From: an uncultured Thermoleophilia bacterium
GTDB lineage: Bacteria; Actinomycetota; Thermoleophilia; UBA2241
Reading direction: 5' to 3'
Assembly (NCBI GenBank): GCA_963829205.1
Contig: CAWHHT010000006.1
Span: 410,471 to 474,470 of the forward strand
Length of the DNA: 64,000 nt
In this document: positions 1 to 10,977 of the stretch, piece after piece
Layout: every line of letters starts with the position of its first letter
Position numbering within the stretch: the stretch's first letter is position 1
Made by a program: the position numbers and the translations under genes
The notes under the pieces: model-generated
Told to the model about the DNA's origin: nothing
The model's database searches: none
What the model saw: the letters and a program-made list of their open reading frames with translations, nothing else

Positions 1-1826
1 CGCGGCCGAGGGGTGGTTCCGCGCCCGCGGCCTCGAACCCTTCGGCCTCGCCGACCTCGCGGGGAGCGAGGGCCTCCTCGGCGTGGTCGTCCAGCTCGTG
101 CTCAACGTCGGCCGTCGCCCCAACATCGCCGCGTTCCTGCTCGAGTTCCGCCACGCTCCGGACGCCTTTGCGGCCGCGGAGCGGATCCTCGCCGAGGCCG
201 GCGGCACGCTCCCGCGCCCGGCCAATCTGCGCCTCGTCCTCGGCTCGCACCTGCGCCACCTGCGCGCGGTCTGGGCCGAGGAGGACGCGCGCCCCTGGCG
301 CCGCCGGCCCTCCGGTCTCAGCCGTGGCGAGGGGATGCCCTGGGCCCGCCTCGACGGCCCGCGGGAGCTGCGCACACCGTCCGGGTCGCTGGCTCAGCCT
401 GTCGCGGCCTCCTCCGGCCGGGACGCAGGAGCGTACCTCTACGTCGATTTCCTCGGCGTGCGCGCCGGCCGCGCCTTTGCCGCCGGCATCGCCGGCCTTC
501 CGGGTAGGCCGCTCGCCCTCGGCGACGAGAGCGTGCGCTTCGCCGCCGAGCGCTTTCGGCCGCAGCAGAACAAGCGCTTCGGGCCCGGCCTTCTCGCGGC
601 GGAGATCGTGCTGCCCGCGGCATGCAGTCTCGCCTTACCTGCGCGACGCCTACCACCTCGCCCGTCGCTCCGGTGTGGCGCTCGACCCGGAGGTCTACTA
701 CCTCGGCGACGGCGACGCGCTCGTCATCGCCGGCTACCTCACCGATCACCGCACCGCGGCCTTCGACCTCGACCTCGTGCTGGCTCCGGCGCTGCTCGAC
801 CTCGCCGTGCAGCGCTTCGCCGGGCGGCCCTACGTGCTGGGGCGCTGGCAGGCATCGTTCGCCGTCGACCGCTTCGGGCCGGCGGGCGCGGAGCGGCTGG
901 CCGCGCTCAAGCGGGGCCTCGATCCGCAGGACCTGCTCAACCGCGGGGTCCTGCTCGGGATGGGCCTGCGCGGGCCGCTCGGCGGTCTCGTCGAGCGCGT
1001 CTACCGGCCGGGGGTGACGCTCGTGCGCCGTCTCTGGAGCACGCCTGGTACCGCGCCGCTCGGGCGGGTCGCACGCAAGGTGTTCGCCGCGGTGCCCGGC
1101 CCGGGCAAGGGGCGCGGAGAAGCGGCCGGGACGGCCGCCGCGGCCGCGCCCGCCGCCCGCGCCATCCACTGCGTCAACTGCGGCGAGTGCAACGGCGTCT
1201 GCCCCATCTACGACTCGTCCGCGATCGCGCTGCCGCAGGCGCTCGTCCACCACGGTGAGCTCGCCTACGCGGGCAACACGCCCGGCCCCGCCGTCGCCGC
1301 GTTGCTCGACCTGTGCATGCGCTGCGGCAACTGCGAAGAGGTGTGCCAGGCCGGCATCCCGCACCTCGAGGTGTATGCGGGGATGGCGGCCGCTGCTGAC
1401 GCGGCCGTGCCATACGATTTCGTGCGCCACACACTCGCCTTGGCCTCCGTGCGCGGCGCCTCCCGCTATCGCGACCGCTTCCTCGACGTGCGCCCCGGCA
1501 TGTACCTGCGGCGCGCGCCGGCCGCCCTCACGGGCGCCGTGCGCTTCCGCGTGCTGCGCGCCGAGAACGACGCCGGGCCGGCCGCGACCTGTCTCCACTG
1601 CGCCGCCTGCGTGCCGGCGTGTCCCACCAGCGCCAACCTCGAGTTCCGCGACGCCGACGCGCGTCGCATCTCCACGGACGAGCTCAGCTGCATCGGCTGC
1701 GGCGCCTGCGTCGAGGTCTGCCCGGCCAACAAGCTCAACGGCGGGCAGACACTGCGCGTCGTCGAGGCGCCGACCACCGCGGCCCTGGCCGCGATCGCCG
1801 AGTTCGAAAGGATGGGCGCCGAGTGA
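1..1826 (+). pseudogene. FAD-linked oxidase (GlcD-like; 5' end outside window) fused to a four-motif 4Fe-4S ferredoxin region; reading frame changes near 620-633
   Basis: From base 2, frame 2 reads GSEGLLGVVVQLVLNV...FLLEF. After about 625 the sensible frame is frame 3 (YYLGDGDALVIAGYLTDHRTAAFDLDL, LNRGVLLG), followed by CVNCGECNGVCP, CMRCGNCEEVCQ, CLHCAACVPACP and CIGCGACVEVCP. Stop TGA 1824-1826 overlaps the next GTG. Confidence 0.7.
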
Positions 1827-3937
1827 CGAGGCTGAGCAACGAGCTCGCGGAGATGGCCGCCGGCCGGCGTCGCCAGGCCGCCGTCCCGCCGGCCGATGGC
1901 CGCCTGGCCGCGTGGGAGGACCTGCTCGCCTACATCGTCGACCCGCACTCGCCGCTCGTGGCGGATCGGGAGCGCACGGCGGCGCTGCTGCACCATCTGC
2001 TCCAGACGCGCCGGCCTCGACGAGGACGAGTTCTGGGCCCTCGACCGGGCCCTTCGCAGCCAGGTCTTCCTCGGCGCCTTCGCGGGCGACTCGCGCGCCG
2101 TCCCGTCGCTCGAGCTCACCGCGTTCGACGTCGACAAGCTGCTCAAGGAGCGCTTCCGCCGCGAGCCGCTCACGGTGGGCGCCGCCTGGCATCACGGCTA
2201 CTGGCGCAGCTACTTCAGCCATGCGGCGATCACGCACCCCGCCAACGACGGGCTGCGCGAGGAGTTCAGCACCGCCTGGGACATCGTGCGCAAGCGGCCG
2301 GCGGTGCTGTACCGCGAGGGCGACGGACGGCGGGCGGAGGAGCTGCGCGCCGTCCGTGTCGATCTGCCGCTCATCGTGGGGCCGCTGCCCTTCGGCGGCG
2401 GCCTGCGCCTCGAGCTTGCCTACCTCGAGGCGATCGCTCAGGCCGACCCCGCACACGACATCCGCTCACGCTCGCTGGTCGTGATCGAGGCCGACAAGGC
2501 TGCTGAGCACGTCGCGGAACTCTTGCCGCACGCGGCGGACATCGTGGTGAGGCTCGCGCCGCGGCACATCGCTGCCCTCGCGGACGGCGCAACGTCCGGT
2601 GTCACGGGCGCCGCCTCGACGCTCGAGGGCGCGTCGGACGGCGCCGCGCTGGCGGAGCTCGTCCGCGCCGCCCGCATCGTCGAGCTCGACCCGTGGAGGG
2701 ATGGGCGCGGCGAGCTTGGCACCACATCGGGCGCCGCCAGCGGCACCGCACTTGAGGCCGGCATCGCCTGCCAGGAGGCGCTGCGGACCCTGGCCGATGC
2801 CGCGCTCGCGCTGAACCCGGGAGCTGCTGCTCAGCGTCCACATGCGCTACGACGGCGACGCCTTCTGGGGGCGCCTCGAGGAGGCGGCGCGCCACGCGGG
2901 CGTCGCCCTGATCCACTACCAGACCGGGGCGCGCAAGTCGTACCGGCTCACGCCCAAGGTCGACGCCTTCCTCAAGCAGAAGCTGCTGCGCGCCCGCGTG
3001 CAGCTGGTCTGCGCCGGCGGCGACACCGACACGCAGGCCTCGGCGGCGACGGTCTACGAGGGCGTCCTGCTGGGCGCCAACGGCGGCGCGATGACGCACG
3101 CCGCCGTCATCGCGCTCGTGCCCGAGATCGTCGACGTGCTCGCCGGCGCCGATGTGGCGCTCGCCGACGAGGCTCTCGCACGCCGCGGAGCCGGCGGCGC
3201 TGCGCGAGATGGCGCTGTGCTCGCTCACCTGCTGGCAGCACAGCATCCTCGACTTCCTCAGCTGCATGGGCATCGACGACGTGCAGAAGACGAGCGGCAA
3301 CACGATGGCGATCACCATCACGGAGGACTGGGTCCGCGAGGTCGATGCCCTCGCCACGGACGAGTTCGGCCGCGCCAACGCCGCGCAGAACGCGGCGCGC
3401 GTGGCGGCCGAGCCGCCTCCCGCGGAGGTGCGCGAGCGGTACCGCGTCTCGGCGCTGCTCGCCGAACGCCAGGCCGATCTGCCGCTGGTCAACGCGGCGC
3501 GCGTGCTCGCCCAGCGCGACGCCAACTACCACCTCGAGAACTCAAGCCGGGCGCTCAACGCCGACTTCCTCGAGGTCATCTACCGCATGGCGGCGGGGGA
3601 GATGCCCGAAGCTCGACGACTTCTTCGTGGCCGGCGACCAGGGCCCGTACTCGCTCGACCGGGTCGGGCTCAAGCTGTCGAAGGAGTCGGTGGCCTGGTC
3701 GCTGGAGCGTCTGCGTCGCGACCCTGCCCTGCTCGACTACATCCAGCTCGCCGTGCCGCGAGGCTTCTCGCGGCCCGGCGCGGCGGCCCCGGGCGCCTCC
3801 GTGAGCGTCCACGCGGAGCCGGAGGGCCCGGCGCTGGTGCGCGTCGAGGCCGACGCCCGCGGCGGCTTCGAGCTCGCGCTCGATCCCGGTCACCTGCTGG
3901 AGGACGCGCTGGACGGCGCGCGGCAAGCCGACGATGA
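1823..3937 (+). pseudogene. Divergent glutamate-synthase-family (GltB FMN-barrel-like) protein; at least 5 frame changes
   Basis: GTG 1823 sits in a GTGA overlap with the upstream stop. The protein-like frame hops at about 2006, 2820, 3180 and 3607. It must change once more to use TGA 3935-3937, which forms an ATGA overlap with the next ATG. Motifs LIVGPLPFGGG and RVQLVCAGGDTDTQ..GVLLGANGGAM resemble the GltB TIM barrel. Confidence 0.5.
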
Positions 3938-5357
3938 CGGCCGACGACGACGGCGACCGCGTCGGCGGTTCGCTGTGGCTCAAGGCCGTCGCCCCGGACG
4001 GTTCCGAGGCGCTCACGGAGCTGACGCCGGTGGGCCACGGCGCGCACGGCGCCAGCGTGCTGCGCGCTTCCGCCGACGGGACGGTCGTGCTCAAGCGCGA
4101 CCCGCGCGGCGGGCTCGCGCTGAGCGGCTTCGCCGTGCGCGAGCCCATCTGGCACACCGCCGTGAGCCACGCCTCCACGTCGCTCGGCGCCGCCAGCGAG
4201 GACTTCCTCACGGCGCGCATCGAGGGCAGCGCCGGCATCGTCATGACCTCGAGCGGCGAAGGCGGCCCGATCCGGCTCTCCTCTCCCGAGGACATGAAGT
4301 GGGAGAGCCTCCAGGCCGCCTCCGGCCACTTCGGCCTCACCGGCGCCGACCTGCGCAAGGTCCGCGACGTCGAGATCAAGATCAACCAGGGCGCCAAGCC
4401 CGGCAAGGGCGGCCGCCTGGCCGGCGCCAAGGTCACGCCCACGGTGAGCAAGGCGCGCAACATCCCCGTGGGCACCGACGCGCTCGAGCCCGACCCCAAG
4501 CACGACATCTACTCGATCGAGGACATGCCGGCCGAGGTCTGGCTCTGGCTGCTCTACCACAACCACTGCGGCATCAAGATCACCGGCTCCACCTACACGC
4601 GCTTCGTCGCCGCCGGCATGTGGAGCAACTTCGTCGTCGACTACCTGCTCGTCGACGCCGGGATGGGCGGCTCGGGCAACTACCACGCCGACTCGAGCCA
4701 CGTGGGCTGGCCGGACATCTTCCGCACGATGCTGCACACGCACCACGCGCTGATGGGCGAGCAGGTCGACCTCGAGGGGAGCGGCGAGCTGCGGCCGATC
4801 CGCGACCTCAACGGCGCGCCCTACGGGGCCGGCGGCGGCACGCGCCTGTTCGCCTCCGGCGGCCTGCGCGGCGAGCTCGACATGCTCAAGGTGCTGATCG
4901 CCGGCGCCGACGGCCTGCTCGAGGGCAGCATCGGCAAGGCCGTCGCCTTCGGCTGCACGCAGTGCGGCAACTGCCACCTCGACTGCCCGCGCGGCGGCAT
5001 CACCACCAAGCCGGAGCTGATGGTCCAGAACGACCGCGCGCTGATGGCCCAGCGCTTCCGCAACTGGTGCGTGCTCAACTCGGTCAAGCTGGCGGTCCTG
5101 ATCGACGCGCTCAACCGCGAGAGCGGGGCGCTCGCGGCGGACGGCAGCGTCGCCGTGCCGCGAGAGCTGCTCGACGACATCCGCAAGCTGCGTGGCCGCA
5201 CCGATCTGCTCGAGATGCCGGGCTGGGACGACGGCGGCGAGAGGGCGACGGGACTGGCGGCGAGATGTCTCAGGCTGAAGTCGAGCTTGAGAGCTCTGAC
5301 GCGAGACGCCGCCGCAGGCGGAGCACGACTCCTGCCGCGTCGGCTCGCTCGCCGTGA
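3934..5357 (+). CDS. Glutamate synthase FMN-binding domain protein (GltB domain-2 / PF01645-like); 3' end frame unresolved
   Basis: ATG 3934. Motifs: INQGAKPGKGGRLAGAKV, PVGTDALEPDPKHDIYSIEDM, LLVDAGMGGSG, FASGGLRGELD and CTQCGNCHLDCPRG. This frame has no stop; only frame 3 terminates (TGA 5355-5357, GTGA overlap with the next gene), which implies a frame change near 5230-5270. Confidence 0.65.
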
Positions 5358-8300
5358 GCGTGCCGGTGACGGTCGACGCCATCTGGGAGGCGGCGCGGCT
5401 CAGCTACAACGGCGGCAACAACCGCGGCGGCGGCATCGACTTCGCCGGCTTCGCGCCGCCCGCCGTGCGCGCGCGGAGCTGCCTGATCTTCAACACGATC
5501 GGCCCCGACCGGGCCGAGGCGATGCGCGAGATCCTCGGCCACCTTGGCGGCTGCCGGTTCTTCGGCGCCGACGGCGCCGAGCTGCCGGCAGCCGACGTCC
5601 TCGCCCGCCTCGAGGACTTCCGCCTGCCGGTGCGCGACAGGTACGCCGGTCCCGACGGCTGGCGGCTCGCCGACCTGCGCGAGGATCCGGGCGACTACAC
5701 GATGCTGTTCGTCGAGCTCGCAGCCGGACGGTGCTGGCGCGCTACGGCCGGCGCCTGCTGGCCGGCGACCGCTGGCTGCAGCGCCGCACCAAGTACGGCG
5801 ACCTCGGCGACGCCGAGCTCGAAGCGGCGCTGTCCGCTGCGGAGGCCGGCGCCGCGAGTCCCGGCGAGCGCCGGCGCGCCGCACGCCGACCGGGCAGAGC
5901 GGCTGAGCGCCTTCGTCGACGACGTGCGCGAGGAGTACTTCACCGTGCTCGCGCATCTCATCGACTCGCGCTACTACCGCACGCACGGCCAGCCGGGCGC
6001 TCCGGCCGGCAAGTACTCGGCCAAACGGCGCGGGTACGTGGTCTCGATGGGGCAGGACCTCGGCGCCGTCAAGATCAGCGGCTGGACGCACACGATCCCC
6101 GAGTACTTCGACTTCTCGCGCTTCTGGGCCGGGTACCCCGGCTTCGCCGGCGACGACCCGGCTCTGCGTGCCCACGTCTGGGGCATGCACCACCGCTACC
6201 CCACGAACTCGCCGGCGATCGACGCCGAGGGGCGGGGCAACCCGGCCGGTGCGCACCCGTTCAAGGCCTACAACGTCCTGCTCATGCACAACGGCGAGCA
6301 GGTCGGCGTGGATTCCACGGCGCCCTTCCTCGCGGAGTACGGCTACGTGCACACCGACCCCTCGATGGGTGAGGGCTTCGCCGAGTACGAGGGCGACTCC
6401 ACCTACGACCGCAAGGCGCTCACGGACACCGAGTACGCCGCCTACCTCGTCGACTTCACGCGCCGCGTGCTGGGCCTGAGCACCGAAGAGGCCTCCCAGG
6501 TGATCTCGCCGATCACCGGCCTGGACCTGGCCGCCATGGACGAGGAGCGGCGCCGGGTCCTTGAGCTGCTCTCACTGAACTACATCCAGCTCACCCCGAC
6601 GGGTCCCTACAAGTTCACGATCGTCGAATCGCGGCCGCCGGAACAGACGGCGGGCGATGATGAGGTCGATGCGCGGCACGGGGGAGCGGCCAGGCCGCGG
6701 CGAGTCGGGTTCCGCGAGAACATGGACATCAAGTTCCTGCGCCCGCACGAGCTCGTCCTCACCGTCGACACCGGCCCGGGCGGCGTGCAGGCGATCGCCA
6801 ACGGCAGCGAAGCCAAGATCGCCGACAGCATGCTGCGCGTGCTGCATCACCAGGGCGTGCTCAAGGACGCCGGCCACGACCTGCGCTTCAACATGCGTCC
6901 GGGCGGCGACCCGGGGCGCGGCGAGTTCGGCGGCGTCGTGGAGGCGTTCCTGACGCCGGCGGTCGGGGGGCAGACGGCGGCGCTGCGCCTCGACATCCGC
7001 AACCGCTTCGGCGAGCCGGTCGGGGTCGAGAGAGCCGGCACCAAGACCGACCTGGCGACGCCGCTCGGCGCGATCGAGGTCGCTGGCGCGTGGCGAGACG
7101 TCGTCGCCGCCGCGCTGGAGGAGCTTGGGCCCGAGCTGCCGGCCGCCGTCGCAGCCGCGAGCGGCCGTTTCATGGGGCCCGACGACGCGCTCCCTCCGGC
7201 CGCTGCGCGGCTGGTCGAGCGGACTCTGCAGGGCCTGCGCGAGCTGAGCGGCGACGACTACCGGCATCTCGCCGAGGTCGCGCTGCCGGCTCTCGCGCGC
7301 CGCGGCGACGCGGAGCGCGCCGTCGTGCTGCGCGCGCTCACCGAGTTGCGCAGGCGCGTCATGTTCGCCGATCTCGGCGGCAAGGCGCTTTCCGGCATCG
7401 AGTACACCACCGACGGCGGGCGCGCCGCCGATGGTTCGCCCGAGGGCGGCGTCTACCGTGTGCTCGACGACGTGGTGCCGCTGCACGCCGCGCTCTACCG
7501 CGCCTGCAGCGGTCAGCTGGCGCTCGACGGCGGCGCCGGAGCGTGGGGCCGACTCACCTTCGCGACCCGCGACGACCTCTTGCCGCCACACGACTCCTGT
7601 CGGGACGTGCTCGTCGTCGACTTCGCCGGCTTCGCCAGCGAGTCGTTCGGGCTCGAGTGCGCCTCGCGTCTCGTGAGCGAGGCGGTCCGGCTGGGCTGGA
7701 AGAACCTGGTCGGCTACGGCTTCGTCGGCGGCCCGCGGTACATCGGCTGCAACCTTCCGGGCCCGGACGGCGCCCCCGCCACCGGCGTCGTGATCGAACT
7801 CTACGGCCGCGAGGCCGGCGACTTCCTCGGCGCCCTCCTCGAGGGCGCCGACATCCGGCTGTACGGCCAGGGCCAGTGCCACGTCGGCATGAAGGCCGCC
7901 GCCGGCTCGATCTTCGTGCTGCAGGACGCCCTCAACACCTGCTTCTACGCCGCCCACGGCGGCACGTTCAACGTGTGGGATTCGGGCTCGCGCTTCGCCG
8001 TCGCCGGGCAGAACAAGGTGCTCGAGGACGACGGCGAGACGCCGGCGCAGGGGTTCCGGTCGATCCACTTCGGCACGCCCAACGAGTACGCCTTCGAGTA
8101 CCTGATGAGCGGCGGCGACAACTCGCTCCACGTGGTGATGGGCCTCGAGAAGCCTGACGCCGCCGGCGAGCTTCGGCTGAAGCGCAAGCCGTACGCCGGC
8201 AAGTTCTTCATGAGCGGCGCCGCGGCGGGGCGCGTGTTCGTGTTCGACCCGCAGGACAGCCTGGACCCGGCACAGTACCATGGCAACGTCGCCGAAGCGA

Positions 8301-8534
8301 TCACGGAGCCGACTGTGGACCGCCCACCTGGCGCCGTTCCTCGCCGCAGAGGCGGCGCGGCGCGGCGCCCCGCTGCGGATCGAGGGCGACGAGGTCGTCG
8401 TGCGCCTCGGCGGCGAGTGGCGCCGCTGGCGCTACGACGAGTGCTTCCTGCAGCTCGTCCCGCAGAAGGTCTCCCGCCGCCTGGTCAAGCGCGGCGTCAC
8501 GCCGCCGCAGCTGGCACAGCTGGTGCAGGAATGA
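5354..8534 (+). pseudogene. Class-II glutamine-amidotransferase-like N-terminus plus GXGXG (GltB C-terminal-type) domain protein; three frame changes
   Basis: GTG 5354. HHRYPTNS...AHPFKAYNVLLMHNGEQVG is class-II GATase-like, but there is no Cys after the initiator. GXGXG-type repeats: LVGYGFVGGPRYIG, ELYGREAGDFLG, RLYGQGQCHVGM, FNVWDSGSRFAV. The frame leaves at about 5724, returns at about 5880 and changes again at about 8310. Stop at 8532-8534. Confidence 0.6.
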
Positions 8535-8638
8535 GCTGCGGCGTTCTCGCCCGCGCTGCCCGCTGACCTGACGCGCACCGGGTACACTCTGGTCACACAA
8601 GGGCGCCACGGCGCCGACAAGACATCCAGGAGGCTCAC

Positions 8639-9700
8639 ATGGACGCGGATCGTCGCGTTGCCCTCGTGACGGGCGCCTCGTCCGGCATAGGGGCGGCGCT
8701 CGCCGACCGCCTCGCCCACGACGGCTACGATGTTGTCCTGGTCGCGCGGCGCCGCGAGCGCCTCGAGGCTCTCGCCCACAAGCTCGAGGACTCTGCGGGC
8801 GTGTCGGCCGAGGTGTTGCCGGCCGATCTCACCGACCCCGGCCAGCTGCTGGCCGTCGAGGAACGGCTCGACGCCGGCGACGGCGTCGACCTGCTCGTCA
8901 ACAACGCCGGCTTCGGCGGGTACGGACCCTTCGCCGAGCTGGAGCCGGATTTCGCCGATCGGCTGATCGGCGTCCACGTGCGCGCCCCGGTGCGGCTCAC
9001 GCGCGCGGCGCTGCCCGGCATGATCACCCGGGGCCGCGGCGCCATCGTCAATATCGCGTCCCTGCTGGCGCTCAGCGGCCCGCTACACGTACGCATGTCG
9101 GGCCGCGCGACCTACGCCGGCGCCAAGGCCTTCCTGCTCACGTTCACGCAGTCGCTGGCGCAGGAGCTCGAAGGCACCGGCGTGCGCGCCATGGTGTGCC
9201 TGCCGGGCATGGTCGAGACGGAGTTCCACGGCGTGCGCCGCGGCGACGCGCCCGCCCCGCCGTCCATGATGAGCGCGCCGGACGTGGCTCAGGCCATCGT
9301 CGCCGGGCTCGAGCTCGGCGAGATCATCTGCGTGCCCGGCCTCGAGGAGATCGGCAACTTCGAGCAGCTGCGCGGCATCCAGCAGGCGACGCTCTTCGGC
9401 GGCAACTCGGGCCAGCTGGCCTCGCGCTACCGGAGGTGCAGCCCTCGCTCAGATCCCGGTCTCGACCTTGATCTTGCCGCGCTTGATCGCCTTCATGACG
9501 AGCTCGTAGTCGCGTTCCGTCTGGTCGGCGTAGGCAAGCGCGAAGTCGGCGATCGCCTGGTCGAACCGGTCGCCGGCGCCCATGTAGGAGGCGATCGCGA
9601 CGCGCCGACCCGAGCGCGCGTGGCCGCGCGCCAGCGCCCAGCCGCAGGCCTCGGCGTAGAGCTCGAGCCCCGGCGGCTTGAGCAGGGCCACGTCCACTGA
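8639..9700 (+). CDS. Short-chain dehydrogenase/reductase; 3' end uncertain
   Basis: AGGAGG lies upstream of ATG 8639. Motifs TGASSGIGAA, NNAG and YAGAKA (Y-x3-K). The SDR-like sequence ends near 9430, but the ORF has no stop until 9700 and runs antisense into the next gene. Confidence 0.75.
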   Translation: MDADRRVALVTGASSGIGAALADRLAHDGYDVVLVARRRERLEALAHKLEDSAGVSAEVLPADLTDPGQLLAVEERLDAGDGVDLLVNNAGFGGYGPFAELEPDFADRLIGVHVRAPVRLTRAALPGMITRGRGAIVNIASLLALSGPLHVRMSGRATYAGAKAFLLTFTQSLAQELEGTGVRAMVCLPGMVETEFHGVRRGDAPAPPSMMSAPDVAQAIVAGLELGEIICVPGLEEIGNFEQLRGIQQATLFGGNSGQLASRYRRCSPRSDPGLDLDLAALDRLHDELVVAFRLVGVGKREVGDRLVEPVAGAHVGGDRDAPTRARVAARQRPAAGLGVELEPRRLEQGHVH

Positions 9701-10834
9701 AGCTTTCATGTCGCGCAGCTGGCGCCAGTAGAACTGCCGTTTCACCGGCGCGGGGCCGGTCATCCACCCGAGGAAGATGTCGCTGGCCGCCTGCATGAGC
9801 CGTTGCCCGGCGACCACGCGGTGACCGGCGTGCTGGAAGCGGCTCCTGCCGAGATACGCCTCGAGGACCGACCGGCCTGCCTCTTTGATCTGGAGGATGA
9901 GCGGGTCGTCGATGTCGCGGCCGCGAAGGAGGACGACGACGCAGAGGGTGCCGACGCTACCGACGCCGACGATCTTGCGCGCGATGTCGACGACGTCGAA
10001 ACGCTCGATCAGCTCCCGGCGGTCGTCCTCGAGCGTGGCGGCGTACTGGTGGAAGAGCGTGTGCGCGCTGTCGTCGGCGTTGTCGAGCTGCTCGAGGTGC
10101 ATCAGGACGGGCGGCTGATCGTTGAAGCGACGTTCGCCGTTCACGACCTCCGTCAGCTTGCCGGCCGCCTGCAGGCTATCGCGCGTGCGCGCCTTCGCCA
10201 GACCCTCGCCGACGCGCTTCACGATCTTGGGCGGTCGCGTCGCACGGAACATGTCGAGCAGGTCGTTGGCGACCACGTGCGAGTACCACACGTCCATCTC
10301 ACGCATCTCTGCGAAGGCCGCCATGTGCTCCCGGTAGGAGCGCACCGAGGCGAGCGTCACGTCCCGCGCGATGTCCACGGAGAAGCCGTTGCTGCGCGCC
10401 GCGAGCACGAAGCTCGCCGCGAGACGCTTGATGTCCCACGAGAACGGCCCGGGCAGGGTCTCGTCGAAGTCGTTGACGTCGAAGAGGAGCTCGCGCTCGG
10501 GCGACGCGTACATGCCGAAGTTGGAGAGGTGCGCGTCGCCGCACAGCTGGACGATCAAGCCTGTGCGCGGCAAGGGCGCGAGATCGGCGGCCATGAGCGC
10601 CGCCGAGCCGCGGTAGAACGTGAACGGCGAGGCCGACATGCGGCCCCAGCGGATCGGCACCAGGTCCTGCTGCCGGTCCGCGTCCTGCGCGCGCAGCAAA
10701 GCGATAGGGTCCGGGCGATCCGGGGCCGGCTTCCAGCCTGCGTGTGCCTTGCGGGGGACCAGCTTGCGTCGTTCTCGTCCGTCGGCGGCCCGCTCCTCGG
10801 GTGTCTCGTGAGACCAGGGCTCATTCTTGGGCAT
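9449..10834 (-). CDS. DUF2252 family protein
   Basis: Only the last 461 codons of the 1095-aa ORF look like protein (LVPIRWGRMSASPFTFYRGSAALMAADL, CGDAHLSNFG, FDVNDFDET). ATG at 10834. Confidence 0.75.
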   Translation of the reverse strand: MPKNEPWSHETPEERAADGRERRKLVPRKAHAGWKPAPDRPDPIALLRAQDADRQQDLVPIRWGRMSASPFTFYRGSAALMAADLAPLPRTGLIVQLCGDAHLSNFGMYASPERELLFDVNDFDETLPGPFSWDIKRLAASFVLAARSNGFSVDIARDVTLASVRSYREHMAAFAEMREMDVWYSHVVANDLLDMFRATRPPKIVKRVGEGLAKARTRDSLQAAGKLTEVVNGERRFNDQPPVLMHLEQLDNADDSAHTLFHQYAATLEDDRRELIERFDVVDIARKIVGVGSVGTLCVVVLLRGRDIDDPLILQIKEAGRSVLEAYLGRSRFQHAGHRVVAGQRLMQAASDIFLGWMTGPAPVKRQFYWRQLRDMKASVDVALLKPPGLELYAEACGWALARGHARSGRRVAIASYMGAGDRFDQAIADFALAYADQTERDYELVMKAIKRGKIKVETGI

Positions 10835-10977
10835 CGCGGACTCCTTCACGACATGACGGCGCCCCATGCGGTGGTGCGCCCTGCATTGAGGAGCGCATTC
10901 CCATGCAGGCGGTCGCAGAAACCGGGTGGCCGCCGGGCGTGGCCGCGCGGGGGGCGCACACACGGCCGCGACCGAGG

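Noticed and set aside
5265-5357. 30-codon mini-ORF MSQAEVELESSDARRRRRRSTTPAASARSP as an independent coupled gene
   Set aside because: It is in the only frame that terminates before the next gene, but it has no recognisable features. It may simply be the shifted 3' end of the FMN-domain gene. I left it unresolved and did not call it.
318-8281. Long antisense ORFs (318-2456, 3670-5382, 5270-6352, 6572-8281, and likewise 15302-18559, 29582-32245, 55062-57041, 60543-63200)
   Set aside because: These are typical stop-poor shadow frames of a very GC-rich genome. Their translations are dominated by R, A, G, P, D, E and H runs with no motifs, and each lies opposite a motif-bearing gene.
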